Positions 19,332 to 29,800 of a stretch of DNA of 64,000 bases are shown piece after piece (position 1 is the first letter of the stretch; each line of letters begins with the position of its first letter). Origin of the DNA: Candidatus Poribacteria bacterium (GTDB taxonomy: Bacteria; Poribacteria; WGA-4E; UBA9662). The notes under the pieces were generated by a model. That model made no database searches. It saw only the letters and a program-made list of their open reading frames with translations, and was not told the origin of the DNA. Made by a program: the position numbers and the translations under genes. The stretch spans positions 1 through 64,000 of the forward strand of contig JAYZAL010000016.1 of assembly GCA_036339735.1 (NCBI GenBank), read 5' to 3'.

Positions 19332-20075
19332 TTACTCGATTTCAACTGATTCAATGTTCTTTCTGATGCTGACATCAGACAATGATTCACTTTTTTTTTC
19401 AGATTCTTGGTTAACTGTAGACCTAGTGGCTTGTAATTCAGCTTTTAGTTCTTCGATTTGATTTTTTAGCATTGAGATAGTTTTACTGTCAGATGATGCA
19501 TTTTGGCTGTCTTGGCTGTCTTGGCTGTCTTGGCTGTCTTGGCTGTCATCTTCGATCACAATTTCTGTATACTCAGCTTGGTTAGACTCCGTTTCTCCTG
19601 AATTTCTTAGATGGACCTCAGCCTTTTTAATTTCTTCTGAAGCCCGGTGGAGTTCTTCCGCGACTTTGTCTTTGATAACCTTTGGGATATTATCACGAAC
19701 TTTTCTACCCAAATCGCGAAAAATATCTTGAAAATCGTTATCGAAACCTTCAAATAAATTACCAAATCGTCCTTCTTCCTTACTGTCCTCATTAAAATAG
19801 TTATCTTCGTGATTAGGATCCTCACTCAATAGGGCCAATAATTGTGTACATGCGACAGATATTTCACTGTAGTTAGCATCTACATTTAAGGGATCAATCA
19901 ATCCATCAACTATTTGATTGCTAACAGCTAATAAGATCTTATTGAATAGCTGTATACAGCGTTCTTCACCACCATTTTGCTCTCCAGAAGCACTCGCTTG
20001 GATTGAAAAATCTTTGGTTGTTTCTAGAACACTCTTATATTGATTGAGTTGATTAAGGCTTTCTTTTTTGGTCAT
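19332..20075 (-). CDS. hypothetical acidic/coiled-coil protein coupled to the ECF sigma gene; contains (DSQ)5
   Basis: ATG 1 nt after the sigma stop; no TM segment; C-terminal coiled-coil-like MLKNQIEELKAELQATR. Confidence 0.7.
   Translation of the reverse strand: MTKKESLNQLNQYKSVLETTKDFSIQASASGEQNGGEERCIQLFNKILLAVSNQIVDGLIDPLNVDANYSEISVACTQLLALLSEDPNHEDNYFNEDSKEEGRFGNLFEGFDNDFQDIFRDLGRKVRDNIPKVIKDKVAEELHRASEEIKKAEVHLRNSGETESNQAEYTEIVIEDDSQDSQDSQDSQDSQNASSDSKTISMLKNQIEELKAELQATRSTVNQESEKKSESLSDVSIRKNIESVEIE
19503..19547 (-). repeat. in-frame 9-bp tandem repeat x5 encoding (DSQ)5
   Basis: Five perfect copies of TTGGCTGTC on the plus strand. Confidence 0.97.
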
Positions 20076-20076
20076 A

Positions 20077-20619
20077 CTAATATCCTCTTTGTATCAGTAA
20101 TTGTTTGAGTTGAGTTTTTGCTTCGTGGAGTCGCCACTTGATTGTGGTCAATGGCAAGTTCAAAAATTTTGCTATCTTTGATTGGGGCATTTGCCCCCAA
20201 TAATACAATCGGACGACGACTTGGTATTTGGGCTTCAAACTTTCAACGGCCTCTAATACAGCTTGTTCAGATTCCATCTCTTCTAATACATTGGCAGGGT
20301 CAGCGGCTAAATATTCTGATAGAATTACCCAATCCATAATCGAACGGCCCTTTTTTTCCTTTCTATGGTACTGTAAAGCACAGTTCCGGGTAATAGAATG
20401 AATCCAACTACCAAATTTTGCTGGTTCTAATAAACTTGGTAAAGCATGAAATGCTCGGACCAATGCCTCTTGAACCACATCTTCACTTTCTTCTATTGGT
20501 ACAATTCTACTAGCGATAATCAGCAAAGCTGACCGATATTGCAAAGCTAATTGATCAAAAGCTCGCAAGTCACCAAGTATTGCAGCCAGAATTAGGTCTT
20601 TTTCACTGAGTTCGTCCAT
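20077..20619 (-). CDS. ECF-type RNA polymerase sigma factor
   Basis: Region 2 (GDLRAFDQL...EDVVQEA...FGSWIHSITRN) and region 4 HTH (YWGQMPQSKIAKFLNLPLTTIKWRLHEAK); 180 aa. Confidence 0.92.
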   Translation of the reverse strand: MDELSEKDLILAAILGDLRAFDQLALQYRSALLIIASRIVPIEESEDVVQEALVRAFHALPSLLEPAKFGSWIHSITRNCALQYHRKEKKGRSIMDWVILSEYLAADPANVLEEMESEQAVLEAVESLKPKYQVVVRLYYWGQMPQSKIAKFLNLPLTTIKWRLHEAKTQLKQLLIQRGY

Positions 20620-20793
20620 TTTGGAATTAGGCCTACTCTCGATTCATCGATATAGTAGATGTCTCTACTGATGAAAAGATAGAAAAAAGTCTAGGGTTTG
20701 TCTTTCGACTTCCAAAAACTGTCGATAAAACGAAAAACTCTGGCTCCAGTTTTTCGTAGATGATATCATTCTCTTAGTGTTTATGGGTAGTAG

Positions 20794-22034
<1,241 letters not shown>

Positions 22035-22035
<1 letters not shown>

Positions 22036-22535
22036 TGGTAAACACTAGCGATAAGTTTGAAGCAACTAAGATTCTCGCAGGAAAGAAGATTTTTCAAATG
22101 ATGGCACTTCAGCGTACCAGTAAAGTGTTTGGCATTACTGATACTCCTTGGGCCGCTGCTGCATTTGAGATTAACGAGTTAGTTGTCCAAATGGAAACAC
22201 AGCTTAGATCTTGGGATACTTTGGCGATCAACAAATCAGGAAAAACAAGGTTAATACAAGATAATGTAGTTATCTATGAATTACAAATCCGTATTTCCCC
22301 GCAAACTACAGGATTGACATCTGATAGCTTTTACTACTGCTCTACATGCAAAGGCCATATCTTTCAATGTAGCTGCCTTGTCAATCAACGGCAGTCAGTT
22401 AAACCAAGATCAACTGTAGATCAACAACCAGTCTTATATTGTCCTCAATGCAAAGGCAAAGTTCAGGGATTGGGCGGTAATCTATATTTTTGCTTAGACT
22501 GTAAATGGGAAAGTGATGCGTTTAATCAATTATAG
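22035..22535 (+). CDS. hypothetical protein with two C-terminal Cys clusters (zinc-ribbon-like)
   Basis: CSTC...CSC and CPQC...CLDC; GTG start overlaps the lysA stop. Confidence 0.6.
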
Positions 22536-22568
22536 CCACTTGCAGCCAAAGTACTTTGTTTACTAATT

Positions 22569-24122
22569 TTACATTAGCCTCACTTGCTGTTGTAGTTGAC
22601 GACTTACCTCTGGATGCCGAATCCTGTCAACATCCGCTGTCGGTCGGTTCGTGTCAAAAAACCAGACTCGTTCAGCTAAAGCTTTCCATGACTTACGTTC
22701 TGCATATCCTACACCTTTCAGATATCCCTGTAAATACTCTTGTAGTGATTGGCAAACCTGTTCAGTTTCTTCTGTTCTCGAATCTAACAGCTGTGCCATA
22801 GCATTTAGCAGAGCCCTTTTCATCTGAGTAGATTGGTTAGCAGTATTTATACCTTCGGATGCTTCTTGACCTGATAGTAAATATTCGAATACAAAAAGAA
22901 AGGTTGATTGGGAAGGGAATGTGGCTGCAGGTAGACCCAAAGACGATACAATTTGACCTGTTTTTGATTGGGGAATTAGCTCAGCTAAAGGACGAAGTAA
23001 AAGCCAAACGGAGGCTAGCCAAATGGACTTTGGCCAAAGCTTCTGAAAAAATGTTGGTTCTCGTAGGGCACTACGCAATTCATTTTGACTTGGAGTTAAT
23101 TTCAAAGCCAATTTAACCAACGAGAGTTGGACCTTTTCAGCATATGGGCTGAATCGACTTCCACTATAAGAAATCATTTCAAGAACCATATAGAAAATAC
23201 GCGCATAATTATCTGAATCAATCTTATGTTCTTCCAATATATTTGACCAATCCTGACTGAAGTCAGTGCCTACAGGCAATGATTGAACTAACGTCACTCG
23301 TAGCTCTTTTGTTATCAATGGCCAAAAAGAAACTAAAAGCCCCAACGCACTAGTAGCACTAGATGAGTCAGTCAAAAGTTTGATTATTTGATCGATACAA
23401 ACTTTTTGGAATAAAATCTCTTGGGATTGGTCATGGTTGACAGTAACTTCCTTATTTTGATTTGGCCTACCGAGCGAAGTAAAAGCAAAATCAAAAATAA
23501 TATGAAGGGTTGAACTGTTTAGCTCTGGGTTATGAACAAGTTGAGCTAATTGGTTGTAAAGTATACGACGACCAGAATCAGTTGCATGATAACGTAACCA
23601 TTGCAATAAATTCGATACTTCCAAGGCATGTTCTGGTTCTAACAGACGAGGTACAAGTCTCTCAAATACAATTTGCTGTATTGGAAACTGTAGCGGCTCA
23701 TCAGTACGCCTATTAGTGCTAGCCAGATGAATGATAGTATTAACCAATAATTTTAGTTGTTGATAGGATGAAGCTGATCGGATAGCCGTGGAAAAGAATC
23801 TGCTAATCCTATCTTGCGTGTCCTGATTCGACCTTGTTTCCTGATTTAGTAAAACAACCAAATCTAGTAATTTCTGATCGACAACCGTTAGTTGAAGCAG
23901 AGCTTGTGTTACTGATTCTAATAGAACTGGTGTTTTTAGTTCATCTCTTTCGAGAACTAAGGCTACCAACTCTAAAATCTCCTGACGTTGGCTAACTGTT
24001 TGATTTACTAAAGCTAAATCTAACTGCTTAGACACTTGCTTTTGGATCGTTTCTATCTCACCCCAAGCAGGCATTTGGTCGGCGCTCAGTTGAATTTGTA
24101 TGTTATTAAGCCATTCAGTCAT
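22569..24122 (-). CDS. hypothetical Leu/Gln-rich, probably all-alpha-helical protein
   Basis: 517-aa open frame co-oriented with DUF1501; no motif recognised. Confidence 0.6.
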   Translation of the reverse strand: MTEWLNNIQIQLSADQMPAWGEIETIQKQVSKQLDLALVNQTVSQRQEILELVALVLERDELKTPVLLESVTQALLQLTVVDQKLLDLVVLLNQETRSNQDTQDRISRFFSTAIRSASSYQQLKLLVNTIIHLASTNRRTDEPLQFPIQQIVFERLVPRLLEPEHALEVSNLLQWLRYHATDSGRRILYNQLAQLVHNPELNSSTLHIIFDFAFTSLGRPNQNKEVTVNHDQSQEILFQKVCIDQIIKLLTDSSSATSALGLLVSFWPLITKELRVTLVQSLPVGTDFSQDWSNILEEHKIDSDNYARIFYMVLEMISYSGSRFSPYAEKVQLSLVKLALKLTPSQNELRSALREPTFFQKLWPKSIWLASVWLLLRPLAELIPQSKTGQIVSSLGLPAATFPSQSTFLFVFEYLLSGQEASEGINTANQSTQMKRALLNAMAQLLDSRTEETEQVCQSLQEYLQGYLKGVGYAERKSWKALAERVWFFDTNRPTADVDRIRHPEVSRQLQQQVRLM

Positions 24123-24170
24123 AAATAGAAAGTTTTATAATAACTAATTACCAATTTGAAGAAATGCAAG

Positions 24171-25631
24171 TTAGCTCAGAATAGGTGTGATGATTTTACC
24201 ATAAACATCGGTCAACCGAATATCACGCCCACTGAATCGGTAGGTTTGGCGGGTGTGATCGATACCAAGTAGATGTAGTATAGTTGCGTGAAGATCATGG
24301 ATTGTAACAATGTCCTTTATAGCACGATAGCCATATTCATCGGTTTCTCCATGAATCGTTCCACCTTTGATACCTCCACCAGCTAACCAAATTGAAAAGC
24401 CAAACGGATTATGATCTCTGCCGTCTCGGCCTTGTGAAAAAGGTGTTCTCCCAAACTCACCAGCCCATATAACTAGTGTTTCGTCCAGCAAACCTCGAGA
24501 CTTTAAATCTTTAAGTAAAGCTGCAATAGGTTGATCAATAGCCAGTGCATTTCTTTTGTGTCCGACTTCGAGACCTCCGTGCTGATCCCAGCGATCGGCA
24601 GCAACTTTTGGACATGTCAGTTCAACAAATCTAACACCACGTTCAACTAAGCGGCGGGCTAACAAACATTGTCGCGCATAGACCTTAGTTGGTTCGAATG
24701 AAGAGTTAAAACCATATAGATCTTGAATTTTTTCGCTTTCCCCTGAAAAATCGACTAATTCTGGAACTGTCGATTGCATTCTGTAAGCTAATTCGTAGTT
24801 AGATATTGCTGATTCGACTTCGTCACAATTGCCGATCCGGCTTAACAGTCGTCGGTCGAGAGCATTAATGAGCTTAAGCTTATTTGTTTTTTGATGATCG
24901 TTATTTTTTTCACTAGTAATATTTGCAATAGGTCGAGCCCCTGATTGAAATAGTGAGCCTTGGTAGTGTGCAGGTAGAAAGCCATTACTAAAACAATCAA
25001 GACCACCTGATGGAATCAAACCACCATTTAAAACAACGAAGCCTGGTAGGTTTTGATTTTCGCTACCCAAACCATAATTTACCCAAGCTCCCATACTAGG
25101 CCGACCTTGTAAACCATGACCCGTATGAAGATAATAATTAGCATTGGTGTGCTCAGAAAACTCAGATACCATTGACCGAATAACAGCTAAATCATCGACA
25201 CAGGTTGCGATACAAGGAAAGAGCTCGCTGACGGGGATACCACTTTGTCCATATTGTTGAAATGCCCAGGGACTCTTCATGATTCCACCATCTTGATTAA
25301 ACTGCGTAGGCTCAGTTTCTATTGTCATTGGTTGACCATTTTCTTTTTCCAGAATAGGTTTAGGATCCCAGGAGTCAACTTGGGAAACTCCACCATCCAT
25401 ATACAGGAAAATGACATTTTTGGCTTTTGGCTGAAAATGAGGCTGATTAGTAGAAGGAAGGTTGATATCATCAACCCTACCACCAAAACTCTTCGAAGCT
25501 GCTAAGCCAATTAAAGCTACGGAACCAAATCCATTAGAACATAGACTTAACATCTGTCGGCGTTTTAATCTAGTCAGACTTTCGATTGGCATACTCTGAT
25601 AATCTCTGGTAAATTTGTCGTCAAATCTCAA
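24171..25631 (-). CDS. DUF1501 family protein with twin-arginine-like signal (start may be the ATG at 25592)
   Basis: KRRQML signal, KAKNVIFLYMDGGVSQVDSWDPK, GRPSMGAWVNYGLGSEN, WDQH, GEFGRTP...GRDH, HDLHATILHLLG. Confidence 0.9.
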   Translation of the reverse strand: MRFDDKFTRDYQSMPIESLTRLKRRQMLSLCSNGFGSVALIGLAASKSFGGRVDDINLPSTNQPHFQPKAKNVIFLYMDGGVSQVDSWDPKPILEKENGQPMTIETEPTQFNQDGGIMKSPWAFQQYGQSGIPVSELFPCIATCVDDLAVIRSMVSEFSEHTNANYYLHTGHGLQGRPSMGAWVNYGLGSENQNLPGFVVLNGGLIPSGGLDCFSNGFLPAHYQGSLFQSGARPIANITSEKNNDHQKTNKLKLINALDRRLLSRIGNCDEVESAISNYELAYRMQSTVPELVDFSGESEKIQDLYGFNSSFEPTKVYARQCLLARRLVERGVRFVELTCPKVAADRWDQHGGLEVGHKRNALAIDQPIAALLKDLKSRGLLDETLVIWAGEFGRTPFSQGRDGRDHNPFGFSIWLAGGGIKGGTIHGETDEYGYRAIKDIVTIHDLHATILHLLGIDHTRQTYRFSGRDIRLTDVYGKIITPILS

Positions 25632-25642
25632 AAATCAAGTAT

Positions 25643-25684
25643 AAAAAAATAGGCGAGAAGCCCCGAGTGAGACTCTCGCCTATT
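25643..25684 (-). terminator. intrinsic terminator after the LysM lipoprotein gene
   Basis: AATAGGCGAGA / TCTCGCCTATT 11-bp inverted repeat followed by a T run on the minus strand. Confidence 0.75.
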
Positions 25685-25706
25685 GTGAAAAATTTTTATG
25701 ATGAAC

Positions 25707-26618
25707 TTACTCAGAGTCCCCCCAAGCTGCTCCCCTCGGAACCCATAGGCGCTGGCCAGACACAATCCGATTCGGATCAAAATCGTAGTCGTCTTGGTTC
25801 GCTTCGACCAGTCGTGGCCACTTGCTACTGTCCCCGTAAACTTGCGGTTTGGCTGCAATAGCTGGCAAGGTATCTCCTGACTGAACGGTGTATTGACTGA
25901 CCAACTCAACACCCTCAATTGAAAAACTAAACTGGTAAGACTCTTGTAGGGTATTACCAGCAAGGTCTTTGACGCTAGCTACGGTAACTTTGTAGCTTTT
26001 GAGCGCGTTGGCTGCATTGGAAGACCCCTCGGCGGTTAATGGAGACGAAAAAGCAAAAGTTAGCATGTCTCCACTACCAGAGGCTTCCCCTGGAACTTCA
26101 CGTGTGTTATTCGCAGCGTCGGTTTCAATTACTGAAACTGTTCCGGTGTTTGTATCAACCGCCTCTGAAAAACGGACGGAGACGCTGGAAAGTACATTCT
26201 GGGCGTCGGTAAATTCAGAAAAGGTTTCAGCATCACGTGGCTCAGTAGAAACTACTCTTGGTGGGGTTGCGTCAGTAAACTTGAACGATCCCACAGAGAC
26301 AACCTCTTCTTCTTTTCTATTGTTGTAAATGGAGACCGTAGCAGACTTACCGGCTTGTCCTACCGGCGTTCGGAATGTTAAAGATGTAGCGTCAGTCACC
26401 GTGGCTGTAATATTTTTCCCATCGAACTTAACAGTAACGCCACTTTTTAAATCAAACTTGTCGCCTGTTATTCTCACAGACGTTCCACCGGTTTCTGGTC
26501 CCTCGGTTGGTGTCATGTCGCTTGGTATTGGTGGCGGATTACATCCAGCACAGCCAGCCATCCAGACAACGATCAACGTTAGCAGGACACCTGCTATGAT
26601 GTTTCTAAAATTGTTCAT
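25707..26618 (-). CDS. lipoprotein with IPT/TIG, Ig-like (Big_5-type) and C-terminal LysM domains
   Basis: Lipobox MAGC; PTEGPETGGTSVRITG (IPT); TPPRVVSTEP...VRFSEAVD...VKDLAGN (Ig-like); YTVQSGDTL...YGDSSKWPRLVEAN...PNRIVSGQRLWVP (LysM). Confidence 0.85.
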   Translation of the reverse strand: MNNFRNIIAGVLLTLIVVWMAGCAGCNPPPIPSDMTPTEGPETGGTSVRITGDKFDLKSGVTVKFDGKNITATVTDATSLTFRTPVGQAGKSATVSIYNNRKEEEVVSVGSFKFTDATPPRVVSTEPRDAETFSEFTDAQNVLSSVSVRFSEAVDTNTGTVSVIETDAANNTREVPGEASGSGDMLTFAFSSPLTAEGSSNAANALKSYKVTVASVKDLAGNTLQESYQFSFSIEGVELVSQYTVQSGDTLPAIAAKPQVYGDSSKWPRLVEANQDDYDFDPNRIVSGQRLWVPRGAAWGDSE

Positions 26619-26747
26619 AAAAACTTAATCTCCTAAAATAACTTCGTCAGCGTCGATTATTAAGATTGCAGATTGCAGATTGCGACTGCCAGTGCCAAGG
26701 TTTGAAGAACGACATTAAATACAGTACAGAGACGAACGTAGTTCGCA

Positions 26748-26776
26748 AGTATACTTGTTGGGCATTTTTTTGTCAA
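26748..26776 (-). promoter_or_regulatory. near-consensus sigma70 promoter of the LysM lipoprotein gene
   Basis: Minus strand TTGACA-17 bp-TATACT, about 130 bp upstream of the ATG at 26618. Confidence 0.75.
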
Positions 26777-26837
26777 TACCTTTCTGGTAAGTTTTGTAGG
26801 CTAAATCCCTATAGTGCCTTAGGTTAATTTCACGCAT

Positions 26838-29800
26838 TCAACGAAGAATTGCCAATTTTCCAATTTGGCTGACATATGAATTTGCACTAACTTTAGTGGC
26901 CGAATGAGCGGTAATTTTATAAAAATAGGTTCCATTAGCCAGAGGATGGCCAAGAATATCGCGAACGTCCCAAAAGGCTTCATTATAACCTCTCTGAGAT
27001 GATACGTCTTCTAACGTTTGAATCAGTCGGCCAGATATTGTGTAAATTTTGATGGTTACTTGATCTGCAGCTTGAGCTAAGTTGTACGTGAAAACGGTAT
27101 TGTCAAGAACTGGATTAGGCACATTAACATAATCAGTAATTTTGATCATCTCATTAAGCTCAAAGGATAGAACCTTCATATTAGAAATATTTTCACTAGT
27201 ATCACTCGCTTGTACTCGAATATGGTAAATACCGTTACTCAAGTCTGGAGTAAAGCGTAAAATCGTTCTAGTTTTTTCAACCGGATAAATTTGATAATTG
27301 TCTGGTGATATGGCCTCTAAAGACTGGTTCATCCGTCCCAAAAACAATTCGATTGTTTCGTCTGCAACTTGATAATCATCTTTAATATGGATCTCAAATT
27401 TTGGTTGAATATTCAACTCTACCTGATCAACCAATGGCTCTTTATTAATCAGTACTACAATCTCCGGTGCCTGTAGATCCGGATTCTTCTCAACCTGATA
27501 CACAAATTCATAAAACGGGCCGTCTCCTAGTCGATAACCGTTGTAATCTTCAGCTGTTATCCGAAAAATATAGTAACCTGGAAATAGAACAGGCTCGTAA
27601 CGGATTGGAACCGTACGAAATGTATCAGTCTTAGGAATTTCTAGATTTTTTACAGGTTGAAACTCAGCTCCGTCGCGGCTAAATGACATACGAAATTTTT
27701 CCATATTGATACCACTAGAATCTTCCAACAACATGGAAATTTCAGGCCTAGGTGGAATAGTACTCTTGGGAACCGCAACTTCTCCATCAACCCAGATTTG
27801 AAACTTAGGTGGAAACCAGTCTTGACTGTATAACATCGTTACCGTATCAAAAGTAAAATCTTCAGGTTGTACCGTTGCTCTAACAACTCCAACTTCTGTC
27901 GTACTAAATTTAATAGTATCACCAAAACCAAATGGCTGTTCGCCAGCCATAACTAATACGTCAACACCAATCTCTTTCAAGCTCAACGGCTGATTCGTAG
28001 TCCCTGTAACCAACATGCCAAAAGAATAACGGAGCGGATTATTGAAGCTATCCCGAATCTCGTATACATTATCGTCGTGAAAAAAAAGAATCCAGTCTCC
28101 GGTACGGAACTTTTCTGGATAATCTTTGCTAGCTGACGCGTGAGCCGTCCCGGTACCTAGATTTTTGCTTCGTGTATGATCAACTCGAATTTCATTACTC
28201 GTACCAAGTTGTGTGCTAAAAACGAGGGCATCTCCGTACTCAAATGGTATTTTAGGTTCAGGTACAGTCAACTGAAGGCCGATCACTTCATCCCGGAATG
28301 TATTTCCAACTCTCCCGGTGTTTCCTAATTTTTCAATATTATCCGTACCTTTCGGTTTCAACATCACTTCATATTGAAAGGAATTAAGAAAAAAGATTAC
28401 CCACTCTGCTACTGGTGTCATATGAGAATCTATTCGGATTTGGTGTCGGCGTAATGGTTCTGTACTGGTATTCTCTAATTGAGTCGGAGTAACAAACTGT
28501 TCCAAAGCCAGAATACTATTTTGTCTGAGGCTAACTTCTTTATTTTTAAGATCCGGTTCATTCTCCTGGGGCAGATTAGGTAGTTTTTGGCTAGGGTCAT
28601 AATTAGGATTATAATCGATATCTGAACCAAGCCGCTCCCACAGTTTGAAATCTGATCTCCATTTATAAAAAGAAAGCCACTGCACTTCTCGTTTGAGAGC
28701 CTTTTGAAAACCCTCCATACCTGGCACCAGTGTGTACTTCTTTTGGATGTTCTGTTCCATTTGGTCAATGTCAAACCGTAGTTTTAATTCAATCGGTTTA
28801 ACTAATTTTGCTTCTTGAGCATTAATTTGTAGTTTATAAGCTATGGGCCCATCAGATTTACGTAGAGCCCTCAAAGTTGCAATCCGAGGTAGAGGAGCCT
28901 CCAGCAGTTCGGTCTGGAAGGTACTTTTTGCCTTCAGGTTTTTGATTGAGATTGGAATACTTTGTTGACTCACAATCGAATTAGCCGGAAAATTTACATC
29001 CAAAATATGATCTAGACTTAGGGCTACAAGCGACTCATTCGGCTTGAGTTGGTATTCGTTTACTATAAAAATACTATAGCCAACGTTATCAAACGAACGT
29101 GGTTCATCTAACTTACCATACACAGAATCGAAATGGTCATCATCAGCTCCTTCTGGGTCAACTAAAGCATAAATCTTGTGACTACCAGTAGACAAAGGCT
29201 GATCAAGCATCAATTGAACTGTATAAGACTGACGAATATCTCCTTTTGTCTTAGGTTGATGATTATTCCACTGTTCTGGATTGATGGTAACGAAACCAAA
29301 TATATTGGCATCAGTATCAATTTCAAAATCACTGTTTTTATCTAAATCGTCCTCACTAAACCAAACCTCAACAGGAATTGTGACGGGTTGACCACCAATA
29401 TTCTCAATATCGGCACTCAGTAAGTAGGTATTCTTGGTTTTTGAAAATTCGTAACGGATAGGGGGACCGAGACTAGCCTTTGAGGCAATTGCAAGGTTAG
29501 CGCCTTCTGGAACTTCAGCTCTTTGTGTTTCGCTTTTGACCTCTTGGTTAGTTACATCAACAACTTTGATTTCATATCGAACCGTTTTACCCGATTTGGG
29601 CAAGGGAATTGGTTCTTCCAACTTAAACCAAGCTCCGTTTGTGATAACTGGTTTGCTATATTCAGGAGCTAATATCATTTTATACGAATGATCAATAAAA
29701 TTTTCAGTATCCATCCATAAGGCCTCAACGGACTTAATTCCACCTTGACCTTGATTGTCAGCAATTTGAACAAAAATTTCTAATGTTCTTGTATTTTGAT

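Noticed and set aside
20654-20683. Possible autoregulatory ECF promoter (TCTATC-16-CATCTA on the minus strand) and a short AGTAGA/TCTACT palindrome
   Set aside because: Too short and degenerate to support without knowing the ECF group consensus.
25999-26628. Antisense ORFs over the LysM gene, and similar 60-125 aa antisense or alternate-frame ORFs across the window
   Set aside because: They are fully nested in well-supported genes and carry no recognisable motifs.
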